Part shown: one piece after another, positions 37,843 through 46,400 of the stretch | How positions within the stretch are numbered: the first letter of the stretch is position 1 | Layout: each line of letters begins with the position of its first letter | DNA from: Atribacterota bacterium | GTDB taxonomy: Bacteria; Atribacterota; Phoenicimicrobiia; Phoenicimicrobiales; Stramentimicrobiaceae | Direction: 5' to 3' | Length of the DNA: 53,411 bases | Assembly: GCA_028703475.1 (NCBI GenBank) | Contig: JAQVMU010000003.1 | Location: 1-53,411 of the forward strand | Notes under the pieces: generated by a model | The model's input: the letters and a program-made list of their open reading frames with translations, nothing else | Database searches by the model: none | Told to the model about the DNA's origin: nothing | Translations under genes and position numbers: made by a program

Positions 37843-38859
37843 ATGATTCCAGCAATTAATAAAGAGAAATCGTTTAGAGTAATATTTATTATTTTTTTCA
37901 TAGTATTTTTAGGGATAACTGCAAGTATGCATGCTACAGCACAGGATGCCCAAACTTTTTATGAGAATGGCTATCAATTTTTTTCTAAGGGAAACTACAA
38001 AGAAGCAGAGGAAAGTTACCAAAAAGCTATTGACCTGGATTCAAATTTCGAAGATGCTCATTATTGGCTGGGCAAAGTCTACCGTCAAACCGGACAATAT
38101 GATAATGCTATTACTCAATGGATAGAAGTTCTAAGAATTAATCCTCGAAATCCTTATGCCTTCAGGTACTTGAACGAAAGCTACCGCAGTACTTCACGTG
38201 TCCAGGGTACTAATGGAATCGATTATTTCAATATGGGAATAGAAATGCTTGATATTGATAATGAAATATTCCTTAATGAGTCTTCTTACAGCACCCAGGC
38301 GTTATTACAGACTGTTCCTTATTTTAAAAGAGCAATAGAATTAAAGAATGATTTGACAGCTGCTCATTATTGGCTGGGAGAAGTTTATTATGCTTTGTCA
38401 AAAAGGGTTAGCTGGCAATATACATCTATGGCAATGAGCAGTTTTGAGAATGCCATTAAAACTGAAGAGGAAAAAAATCAGAATACTTTCCAGAAACCTT
38501 CTGAATACTGGCACTCCTACCAGGAACTATTAACAATATTTCAGTCATTGGGCTTAAACGAAAGAAAAGAGAATTTACTGAAGCAGTTAACCGAAAAAAA
38601 GAAAATGCCTTATAAGGAAATATTAGTAGAAGGTGGATACCCGGATTTAGAATATCCTGACCAGATTGAAATATTCAGTGATGGTGAAGAGGTGACTGAA
38701 TTATGGATATTTGTTCAAGAGGGGATAAAACTCAGGGTTGTTGACAAAAAAATAGTTGGAGAGGAAATTAATAATAATATATCGAATATGCCAGAAGATG
38801 CGATTATGAATGCAGAAAATATGACCGAGGGAGAAATCATGGATGAAGATCAACAATAG
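37843..38859 (+). CDS. Exported TPR-repeat protein
   Basis: Signal peptide ending ATA-QD; TPRs (DAHYWLGKVY, AAHYWLGEVY). Confidence 0.75.
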   Translation: MIPAINKEKSFRVIFIIFFIVFLGITASMHATAQDAQTFYENGYQFFSKGNYKEAEESYQKAIDLDSNFEDAHYWLGKVYRQTGQYDNAITQWIEVLRINPRNPYAFRYLNESYRSTSRVQGTNGIDYFNMGIEMLDIDNEIFLNESSYSTQALLQTVPYFKRAIELKNDLTAAHYWLGEVYYALSKRVSWQYTSMAMSSFENAIKTEEEKNQNTFQKPSEYWHSYQELLTIFQSLGLNERKENLLKQLTEKKKMPYKEILVEGGYPDLEYPDQIEIFSDGEEVTELWIFVQEGIKLRVVDKKIVGEEINNNISNMPEDAIMNAENMTEGEIMDEDQQ

Positions 38860-39511
38860 AGAAAAGAGTGAGCCTGAAAAGATTCACAACAATGTCAGGA
38901 TTGGTATTATGGGAGGAGTTTTTGATCCCATTCATATCGGTCATTTATTTACAGCAGAAGAGGCAAGAAATAACTTATCATTGGATAAAGTGATATTTGT
39001 TCCCTGTCTAAATCCGACGCATAAAAGAAATGACAGAGTAACAACAATTAAACATAGATTACAAATGACTTATCTGGCTATCAAAGATAATCCGTATTTT
39101 GAAGTTTCAAAGATTGAGATAAATCGTCCGGGTCCATCATATACAATTGACACTATCAAAGAATTCCGTAAAATTTATGGCTGGGATGCTGAGATATTTT
39201 TTATTACCGGGGCAGATGCTTTTTTGGAAATTGAAAGCTGGTATAAAAAAGAGGAGTTGTTTACAATGTGCCAATTTGTTGCAGCTACCAGGCCTGGTTA
39301 TGATTTAGATAAATTAAATCCAAATTTTAAAAGAGTTTTAAAAATAATGGAGATACCTTTACTGGCAATATCATCCACTGATATAAGATTTAGAATTAAG
39401 AATAAATTAAGCATTAAATATATTGTATTAGAAGAAATCCGAAAATATATTTATGATAACAAATTATACTCAAAGGAAAGACAAGCAAGTGTTGGAAATA
39501 AAAACAGGTAA
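38843..39511 (+). CDS. nadD: Nicotinate-nucleotide adenylyltransferase
   Basis: GIMGGVFDPIHIGH, SYTIDT, FITGADA, ISSTDIR. Confidence 0.95.
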   Translation: MKINNREKSEPEKIHNNVRIGIMGGVFDPIHIGHLFTAEEARNNLSLDKVIFVPCLNPTHKRNDRVTTIKHRLQMTYLAIKDNPYFEVSKIEINRPGPSYTIDTIKEFRKIYGWDAEIFFITGADAFLEIESWYKKEELFTMCQFVAATRPGYDLDKLNPNFKRVLKIMEIPLLAISSTDIRFRIKNKLSIKYIVLEEIRKYIYDNKLYSKERQASVGNKNR

Positions 39512-40115
39512 AATAGAGAAATATAATTTTTACAAAATTGAGGAATGGATAAAAAAAAGGTTAAGTGAAGAACGTTATATTCATTCTCACAAAGTCAGTT
39601 TAGTTGCAGAAAAAATAGCAGGTCATTACAGTGTTTCTACTGAAAAAGCTAAATTCTTAGGATTAGTACATGACTGTGCAAAGGACTATACTTATAATGA
39701 ATTAGGAGATTTAATTGGGAAATATAATATAAATCTATCAGATGTTGAAAAGGATATTCCCGCTTTATGGCATGGATATGTTGCTGCAGCTATAATTAAA
39801 GAAAGTTTTTTTATTAACGATGAAGAGATGTTGGATGCTATAAGATATCATAGCACTGCCTATCGGGGGTTTGGTATTTTAGGAAAAATAATATACATTG
39901 CTGACAAGATTGAACCAGATAGAGAGATAAAAAAGGTTGAGGAAATAAGAGAATTAGTTTGGAAAGATATTGATTCAGCATTATTAGTCTTATTGAATCA
40001 GGAAATCAAAAGCCTTATTGATAGAAATTTACTTATTCACCCGGAAACATTGTTTGCCAGGAATAAAGCAATAATAGAACAAAAAGTAAAAAGGAATAAG
40101 ATAGCAAATGAGTAG
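39489..40115 (+). CDS. yqeK: HD-domain Ap4A hydrolase YqeK
   Basis: RYIHS, LVHDCAK, LWHG, IRYHST, IYIADKIEP. GTG 39489 (or TTG 39492) after AAGGA is a more likely start than 39453. Confidence 0.88.
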   Translation: MLEIKTGKIEKYNFYKIEEWIKKRLSEERYIHSHKVSLVAEKIAGHYSVSTEKAKFLGLVHDCAKDYTYNELGDLIGKYNINLSDVEKDIPALWHGYVAAAIIKESFFINDEEMLDAIRYHSTAYRGFGILGKIIYIADKIEPDREIKKVEEIRELVWKDIDSALLVLLNQEIKSLIDRNLLIHPETLFARNKAIIEQKVKRNKIANE

Positions 40116-41268
40116 AGTGGAAAGAAAACAAAAATCAAAGAAAAAAGGAAATAAAAAATTTCTTCAAATATTAGCTTTTGTTGCATTGCTAATAATCTGC
40201 TTTGTGACTTTATATTTATTTAACATATTTCCATTTAGTTCTGATACATTTGCTCATGATAGAGTAAATATTTTAGCCGTTGGAACAGACTGTGCCGAAA
40301 ACATTGGAAGGGCGGATACAATATTCGTATTAAGCTTTTCACCTAAAACTAAAGACACTTTATTATTTTCTATTCCCAGAGATACCAGGGTAATGATACC
40401 TGATCGGGGGATGGATAAAATAAATCATGCTTTTGCTTTTGGCGGAATCGAGCTTCTTGAAGAAACAATTGAACAATTCATAGGATTGACAATTCATTAT
40501 TATGGAGTAATTGATTTTGAAGGATTTCAATACCTGATTGACGCCCTGGGAGGTATTGATATAAATGTGGAAAAGGATATGTATTATGTTGATTATGCCG
40601 GTTCACTGAAAATAAATTTACACAGTGGACAGCAGACTTTAGACGGAGAAAAGGCACTTGAATATGTAAGATTTAGATTTGATGAATTAGGAGATCTGGG
40701 TCGAATACAAAGGCAACAGAATTTAATCAATGCTGTTGTTGATAAGGTTATGAATTTTGAAAGCATGGTAAAATTACCAAATATTATTAACAATTTAACA
40801 GAATATATTGATACCAATATGAATACAAATGAAATAATATCTTTGGCAAGAATTATGAAGGATATTGACCGTAATGAAGTATGGGTTGAAACGATTCAGG
40901 GTGAACCCAGATATATCGATAGAGTAAGTTACCTGGTAGTTGATTCCCAGGAGGTTAAAAAGCGTGTACAATATTTAATAGATAATAAGCAAAGAGGACT
41001 TCGGGTAGAAGTCTTAAACGGGAATCAGGTTCCGGGCATAGCCCATTATGTAGCAAAAAAAATGGGTGAATTTGGATACGATGTAGTAAATATTGATAAT
41101 GCAGATAACTTTGATTATCAAAAAACAGTTTTAATTATTTATTCAAAAAAGATTGAAATAGATAATCGAATTAAGCAATTTTTTGATGATATTGAAATAA
41201 TCAGAAAAGAAGAACCTGATAGCGATTTAGACATGACTGTAATAATAGGAAAAAACGTGGTATACTAA
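40108..41268 (+). CDS. LCP (LytR-CpsA-Psr) family protein with LytR_C domain
   Basis: TM anchor; NILAVGTD, RADT, SIPRDT, KINHA, YVRFR..GDLGRIQRQQ; C-terminal VEVLNG...PGIA. Confidence 0.92.
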   Translation: MSRVERKQKSKKKGNKKFLQILAFVALLIICFVTLYLFNIFPFSSDTFAHDRVNILAVGTDCAENIGRADTIFVLSFSPKTKDTLLFSIPRDTRVMIPDRGMDKINHAFAFGGIELLEETIEQFIGLTIHYYGVIDFEGFQYLIDALGGIDINVEKDMYYVDYAGSLKINLHSGQQTLDGEKALEYVRFRFDELGDLGRIQRQQNLINAVVDKVMNFESMVKLPNIINNLTEYIDTNMNTNEIISLARIMKDIDRNEVWVETIQGEPRYIDRVSYLVVDSQEVKKRVQYLIDNKQRGLRVEVLNGNQVPGIAHYVAKKMGEFGYDVVNIDNADNFDYQKTVLIIYSKKIEIDNRIKQFFDDIEIIRKEEPDSDLDMTVIIGKNVVY

Positions 41269-41310
41269 GCGAAATTTGAAATAAATCAAAAAATAAAAGG
41301 AGTTGTATAT

Positions 41311-41655
41311 TTGAATAATACCAAAGATATTGTGCGATTTTTTGCTGAAACATTGGAAGAGAAAAAAGCGGAAGACGTAATTATTTTAGATATTAGAAAG
41401 ATATCATTCATTGCTGATTATTTTATTATTTGCACTGCACAATCTCCTGCCCATTTGAAAACACTTTCCAATACTATTTTAAAAGAATTGAAGGAAAAAG
41501 AAATCAATCGAAATTTGAAATTTGAAGGCAATCCCCAAACAGGATGGATATTACTTGATTGTGGTGATATAGTAATCCATCTTTTTTCTAAGGAAAAAAG
41601 AGAGTATTATCATTTAGAGTATATCTGGCAAGAAGCCGAAAAGGTTTCTCTTTAA
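41311..41655 (+). CDS. rsfS: Ribosome silencing factor RsfS
   Basis: EKKAEDV.ILD, ADYFIICT, EG....GWILLDCGDIVIH.F...REYY.LE.IW. Confidence 0.95.
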   Translation: MNNTKDIVRFFAETLEEKKAEDVIILDIRKISFIADYFIICTAQSPAHLKTLSNTILKELKEKEINRNLKFEGNPQTGWILLDCGDIVIHLFSKEKREYYHLEYIWQEAEKVSL

Positions 41656-41739
41656 TTATATATTTTGTGTTAAATGTAAGATCATCATAAATATTTATAA
41701 TTAAAATATTATATTTTTTTAAAAGGGGGCAAATAAATA

Positions 41740-42144
41740 ATGGGTGATACAAGAAGAAATTCCGGTCAATGGCTTTTTGGACTGATTATACTTATAATTG
41801 GTATTATATTTTTACTGGAAAATCTATTTGGAATTGAGGTATGGGAAAATGTTTGGTTGTTTTGGCCGATTGTCTTTCTGTTTTGGGGTTTGGTGGAAAT
41901 GTTTCAGAAAAAATCAATATTTTTTGGTGTCATTTTAATTGCAATAGGATTAGTATTCCTCGCAAAAAATTTCGAGCTTTATCAATTACCTGAATCAGTT
42001 TGGAAATATTGGCCTGTTATTATAATAGCAATAGGCATAGACCAGATATTCAGAAAAAATTATACTGGAACACCAACTATGGGAAATACTAAAGCTAAAA
42101 AAGGAAGGAAAGACGTGATTACTACCGATGATGAAATAATATAA
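41740..42144 (+). CDS. LiaF/DUF5668-like membrane protein (two tandem TM units)
   Basis: Two repeats of G.ILI.IG..FL..N......W..WP...I..G. Confidence 0.7.
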   Translation: MGDTRRNSGQWLFGLIILIIGIIFLLENLFGIEVWENVWLFWPIVFLFWGLVEMFQKKSIFFGVILIAIGLVFLAKNFELYQLPESVWKYWPVIIIAIGIDQIFRKNYTGTPTMGNTKAKKGRKDVITTDDEII

Positions 42145-42168
42145 AACAGGTAATCATGACTATGTAAT

Positions 42169-42852
42169 ATGATTGGAACAATTATAAATAGCATTGCTAT
42201 TGTTGTAGGATGCATTATAGGTATATTTTTAAAAGGACGATTCCCGCAGAGGATTGGATATATTCTTTTTCAGGGTATTGGATTAACTACTCTGATGATA
42301 GGAATACAAATGGCGGTAAAGGGAAATAATGTATTGATAATTATTTTATCAATGGTTATCGGTGGAATAATTGGAGAGATTATTGACATTGAAAAAAGAT
42401 TAGACCAGACGGGAAACCATATAAAAAAAATATTTAAGAAACAAGAGGGGAATGAAAAATTTACAGAAGGATTTATTGCAGCTAGCTTACTTTATTGTGT
42501 TGGATCTATGGCAGTCATGGGTGCTATAGAGGAAGGAATCAACGGAAATCCGGATATTTTGTTAGCAAAGGCTGCATTGGATGGTATTTCATCTATTATA
42601 TACACATCTTCTTTAGGTATTGGTGTTATTTTTTCAGTAATTCCTGTTTTTTTATATCAAGGTGTAATTACAAAGCTTGCAAACCTGGCTCAGAATATAA
42701 TTAATTTAGAGATAATTAATGAAATGACTGCGGTTGGTGGAATACTCATTATTGGCCTTGCTTTAGGAATATTGGAAATTAAAAAAATAAAAGTTGCAAA
42801 TTTATTACCATCATTATTGATAGTCATAGTTCTTACAGCTATAAAAATTTAG
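42169..42852 (+). CDS. DUF554-family membrane protein
   Basis: MIGTIINS, GGIIGE.IDIE, GF..ASLLYCVGSMA, K..LDG, GGILI.GL. Confidence 0.88.
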   Translation: MIGTIINSIAIVVGCIIGIFLKGRFPQRIGYILFQGIGLTTLMIGIQMAVKGNNVLIIILSMVIGGIIGEIIDIEKRLDQTGNHIKKIFKKQEGNEKFTEGFIAASLLYCVGSMAVMGAIEEGINGNPDILLAKAALDGISSIIYTSSLGIGVIFSVIPVFLYQGVITKLANLAQNIINLEIINEMTAVGGILIIGLALGILEIKKIKVANLLPSLLIVIVLTAIKI

Positions 42853-42904
42853 AATATTATTCTAGACGGAAATGTAGAATGAAATCTTTAAAGGAGATTT
42901 GCAG

Positions 42905-44134
42905 ATGGAATATAGAAAGTCAATATTATTTTTAAGGGACATGAAAGCCGAAAAATTACACAACAAAAAAGTGCTGGTAAGAGTTGATTTTAATGTTCCT
43001 ATCGATAAAGATTTACAGGTTACTGATGATACTAGAATAAGAGCTGCTGCTGATACAATCAAGTTTCTTTTAGCTTCAAATTGCATAGTAATACTAATGA
43101 GTCATTTAGGTAGACCCAAGGGAAAAATAGTTGATAAATTAAGGCTGGATTCTGTCGCAAAAAAAACTGGAGAAATATTAAAGACAAAAGTATTAAAATT
43201 AGATGATTGTATAGGTAAGGAAGTAAAAGAAACTATTTCAAAATCAAAGCCAGGTGATATTGTATTATTAGAAAATTTACGCTTTCATCAAGAAGAGGAA
43301 AAAAATGAAACTGGTTTTGCAAGAGAGTTAGCTTCACTGGCCGATATTTATGTTAATGATGCTTTTGGAACGGCACACAGGGCTCATGCTTCTACAGAAG
43401 GAATTACTGAATACCTGCCATCATTTGCAGGTTTTCTTATGGAAAAAGAGATTAAGTCCCTTGAAAAATTGACAACATATCCTGATAGACCATTTGTGTC
43501 AATAATTGGCGGTGCCAAGGTTTCCGGCAAGATTGAGATACTGGAGAGACTATTTGAAATATGTGATGTACTGTTGATTGGAGGCGGAATGGCATATACC
43601 TTTTTAGCAGCCCAGGGTAATGAAATAGGAAAATCAATCTTAGAAATTGATCATGTTGAATTTGCAAAAAACCTGATAGATAGAGCAAAAAAGATAGATA
43701 AAGAAATAATCTTGCCCCTGGATACAGTTGTAGCGGATGAATTTAAGGAAAATGCTAATAGTTATAATGTTTCTGTTAATAATATTGAAAAAGACATGAT
43801 GGGGATGGATATTGGGGAAAAAACAGTTGCATTGTTTAAGCAAAAGATAAATAATGCAAAAACTATTTTTTGGAATGGGCCGCTGGGAGTATTTGAGATG
43901 GTAAAATTTTCCAATGGCACTTATCAGATTGCTGAACAAATTGCCAGTTTAGGTGATGATGTATTCTCGGTCATAGGTGGAGGAGATTCTATAGCTGCAA
44001 TTAATAAAATAGGATTAGCCAGAGGTATTTCGCATATATCCACCGGAGGAGGGGCTTCACTGGAATTTTTGGCAGGGAAAATATTGCCTGGATTGGAAGC
44101 ATTAAAAAGACAGAAAAACCAGCAGATTGAGTAG
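42905..44134 (+). CDS. pgk: Phosphoglycerate kinase
   Basis: VRVDFNVP, SHLGRP, LLENLRF, NDAFGTAHRAHAS, GGAKVS.K, WNGPLGVFE, GGGDS, STGGGASLE. ATG 42905 is 8 nt after AAGGAG. Confidence 0.97.
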   Translation: MEYRKSILFLRDMKAEKLHNKKVLVRVDFNVPIDKDLQVTDDTRIRAAADTIKFLLASNCIVILMSHLGRPKGKIVDKLRLDSVAKKTGEILKTKVLKLDDCIGKEVKETISKSKPGDIVLLENLRFHQEEEKNETGFARELASLADIYVNDAFGTAHRAHASTEGITEYLPSFAGFLMEKEIKSLEKLTTYPDRPFVSIIGGAKVSGKIEILERLFEICDVLLIGGGMAYTFLAAQGNEIGKSILEIDHVEFAKNLIDRAKKIDKEIILPLDTVVADEFKENANSYNVSVNNIEKDMMGMDIGEKTVALFKQKINNAKTIFWNGPLGVFEMVKFSNGTYQIAEQIASLGDDVFSVIGGGDSIAAINKIGLARGISHISTGGGASLEFLAGKILPGLEALKRQKNQQIE

Positions 44135-44194
44135 ATCTGCTAAAATTATTATTTAAAATAATAAAATGTCAGATCAATAAAAAAAGCAATTAGC

Positions 44195-44228
44195 AGGATA
44201 AACATACATGTGTTTATCCTTTTTTTAT
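44195..44228 (+). terminator. Rho-independent terminator after pgk
   Basis: AGGATAAACA (44195-44204) / TGTTTATCCT (44211-44220) 10-bp stem followed by a T run. Confidence 0.8.
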
Positions 44229-44296
44229 TTTAGTAATTTCACAATTATCTTTATGATAAGTATAAGTTGATAATTCTCTTATAATCTGCAATACTA

Positions 44297-44324
44297 TTGA
44301 CAAAAAAATAAGGCATTGTATAAT
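44297..44324 (+). promoter_or_regulatory. Sigma70/SigA promoter of the csoR-like gene
   Basis: TTGACA 44297-44302, 16-bp spacer, TATAAT 44319-44324. Confidence 0.8.
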
Positions 44325-44327
44325 AAT

Positions 44328-44346
44328 TATACCCTGGGGGGGTATA
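44328..44346. promoter_or_regulatory. CsoR-family operator
   Basis: TATACCC-TGGGG-GGGTATA palindrome with a G-tract, just downstream of the -10 box and upstream of a CsoR-family gene; matches the known TACCC-N-GGGGGTA type operators. Confidence 0.85.
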
Positions 44347-44354
44347 GTAATATT

Positions 44355-44639
44355 ATGCCACAAGAAGAAAGAATTGATGAAATCGGTAGAATAAAAATAT
44401 TAAAGCGCTTAAAGAGAATAGAAGGACAAATAAGAGGGATTCAAGGAATGATTCTTGATAATAGATCCTGTGAAGAAATCCTCATGCAGGTTGCAGCAGT
44501 TAAATCTGCCCTACAAATGATAAATAAATTAATATTGGAAGAAAAAATAAATTCATGTTTTAACTACTCTGAAGAAATATATCTTCCCCAAAGTGCTCTT
44601 GATGAAATAATTAAACTTATAAACAGGTTTATGAGATAA
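44355..44639 (+). CDS. CsoR/RcnR/CstR-family transcriptional repressor
   Basis: KRLKRIEGQIRGIQ.M, CEEIL.QVAAVKSAL; Cys39 and Cys68 present. ATG 44355 is preferred because the tracked start 44316 lies inside the promoter. Confidence 0.9.
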   Translation: MPQEERIDEIGRIKILKRLKRIEGQIRGIQGMILDNRSCEEILMQVAAVKSALQMINKLILEEKINSCFNYSEEIYLPQSALDEIIKLINRFMR

Positions 44640-44640
44640 A

Positions 44641-44670
44641 TTGACACAAATTTATTCTATGTCCTATAAT
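44641..44670 (+). promoter_or_regulatory. Internal sigma70 promoter upstream of mcsA
   Basis: TTGACA 44641-44646, 18-bp spacer, TATAAT 44665-44670. Confidence 0.7.
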
Positions 44671-44709
44671 TAATTGGATAAAATAGACACCTTGAAAGAG
44701 GGTGATAGA

Positions 44710-45249
44710 ATGCTATGCCAGATGTGTAAAAAAAATAAGGCAACTGTAAAAATTGTCAAGGTTGCAGGGTTGAGCAAAACAGAGCTAAATGTTTGTAATG
44801 AATGTGCTAATTATCTGTTGGGAAATACAATCACTACAATTTCCTTTACACAAAATAGTTTAAATGAAATATTGTTTAATTTACTGAATACATTTTCAAA
44901 ATATAGCAATGAAGACAGTAATGTTACTTCAGAATCTGAGGTGAAATGCTCGAACTGCGGTATGACTTATGCTGAATTTGTAAAATCAGGAAAACTTGGA
45001 TGCAGCAATTGCTATAGTGTGTTTAGAAAATATATCAAGCCACTTTTAAATCGGTTACATGGAAATTATCAGCATTCCGGAAAGATACCGGATTCGTTAC
45101 AATTGCGTTTGGATATAATAAAAAAGATTGAAAAAATAAAGGATGAACTGAAAGAGGCAGTGTCAAGAGAAGAATATGAAAAAGCAGCAAAATTAAGAGA
45201 TACCATAATAGATGAAGAAAAAAAAGCGGGAATAAGAGACAACGAGTAG
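44710..45249 (+). CDS. mcsA: McsA, activator of protein-arginine kinase
   Basis: CQMC...CNEC, CSNCG...GKLGCSNCY, C-terminal UVR motif ([11 protein letters not shown]). ATG 44710 follows GAGGGTG. Confidence 0.93.
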   Translation: MLCQMCKKNKATVKIVKVAGLSKTELNVCNECANYLLGNTITTISFTQNSLNEILFNLLNTFSKYSNEDSNVTSESEVKCSNCGMTYAEFVKSGKLGCSNCYSVFRKYIKPLLNRLHGNYQHSGKIPDSLQLRLDIIKKIEKIKDELKEAVSREEYEKAAKLRDTIIDEEKKAGIRDNE

Positions 45250-45254
45250 TAAAG

Positions 45255-46310
45255 ATGGATGTAAACATAAGAAAATTAAGAGATTCAACAGCATACTGGA
45301 TGAAAAAAGACGGTCCTTTGAGCCATATTATAATAAGCTCGAGAATAAGATTGGCCAGAAACATAAAGAATATTCCATTTCCATTTCGAGCAACTGATGA
45401 GCAATTGCTGACCGTAATAGAAAAAGTCGAAAAAATATTAAAGGAAAATAAGGAATTTTATGGTTTCCAAATAATAAAATTAGATAATTTGTCACCGGTT
45501 GAAATTGAATTTTTGGTGGAAAAAAGGTTAATCAGCTTTGCCCTGGCAAGATTTAGTAAACCTTATCGTGGGATATTATATAATACCGATGAGACGATGA
45601 GCATTATGATTAATGAAGAAGATCACTTTAGATTACAGAGTATGCTGCCGGGATTCCAGCTTAAAAAGGTCTGGGAAATCATAAATTATTATGATGATAA
45701 GATTGAAAAGGAAATAAAGTATGCATTTAATGAGAAAGAGGGATTTCTCACCTGTTGCCCTACAAATGCCGGCACAGGTTTAAGGGCATCTGTGATGCTT
45801 CATTTGCCGGGATTGATAATTTCTAACAAGATAAGTGAATCAATAAATACAATAATTAAACAAGGATATGCTGTAAGAGGTTTCTATGGTGAAGGAACTG
45901 AATTTCAAGGAAATTTATTTCAGATATCAAATCAGGTCACATTAGGTTTAAGCGAAGAAGATATTATAAACAGGTTAGAGATTAGTATCAAGCAGCTAAT
46001 TGAAAAAGAACAGAAAGCAAGAGAAAAGTTGATAATTCAGGCTAAGCACAAGATAGAGGATCAGGTTATGCGGTCATATGGTATTTTAACAAATGCAAAA
46101 ATTATTACGACCGCTGAAGCACTAAATTTGCTTTCATATGTCAGATTTGGAATCGAAATGGGTATAATAGCAAGAATAGGCTATGATGTTATAAATCGAC
46201 TTATGTTAATAGTGCAGCCCGGGTATCTGCAATTAATCAAAGGGCAAAATATGAAAAAAATGCAAAGAGATACAGTAAGAGCAGAATTAATTAAGGAAAT
46301 ATTAGATTAG
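45255..46310 (+). CDS. mcsB: Protein-arginine kinase McsB
   Basis: SSRIRLARN, LVEKRLIS, INEEDH.R.Q, GFLTCCPTN.GTGLRASVMLHLP, VRG.YGEG, FQISNQ.TLG. Confidence 0.96.
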   Translation: MDVNIRKLRDSTAYWMKKDGPLSHIIISSRIRLARNIKNIPFPFRATDEQLLTVIEKVEKILKENKEFYGFQIIKLDNLSPVEIEFLVEKRLISFALARFSKPYRGILYNTDETMSIMINEEDHFRLQSMLPGFQLKKVWEIINYYDDKIEKEIKYAFNEKEGFLTCCPTNAGTGLRASVMLHLPGLIISNKISESINTIIKQGYAVRGFYGEGTEFQGNLFQISNQVTLGLSEEDIINRLEISIKQLIEKEQKAREKLIIQAKHKIEDQVMRSYGILTNAKIITTAEALNLLSYVRFGIEMGIIARIGYDVINRLMLIVQPGYLQLIKGQNMKKMQRDTVRAELIKEILD

Positions 46311-46400
46311 TATTTACTAAATAAGTATCATGAAATAATATAAACAGACTTTTGTAAATTTGCTTGTAACACTTATAATAATTAAGGGAAGGGTTAAAAC

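Noticed and set aside
44316-44354. N-terminal extension MYNNYTLGGYSNI of the CsoR-like ORF
   Set aside because: These codons are the -10 box and operator; the real start is most likely ATG 44355.
44674-44709. N-terminal extension of McsA from TTG 44674, and a CtsR/CIRCE box in this region
   Set aside because: The RBS sits before ATG 44710; no RGTCAAA heptad repeat or TTAGCACTC-N9-GAGTGCTAA is visible.
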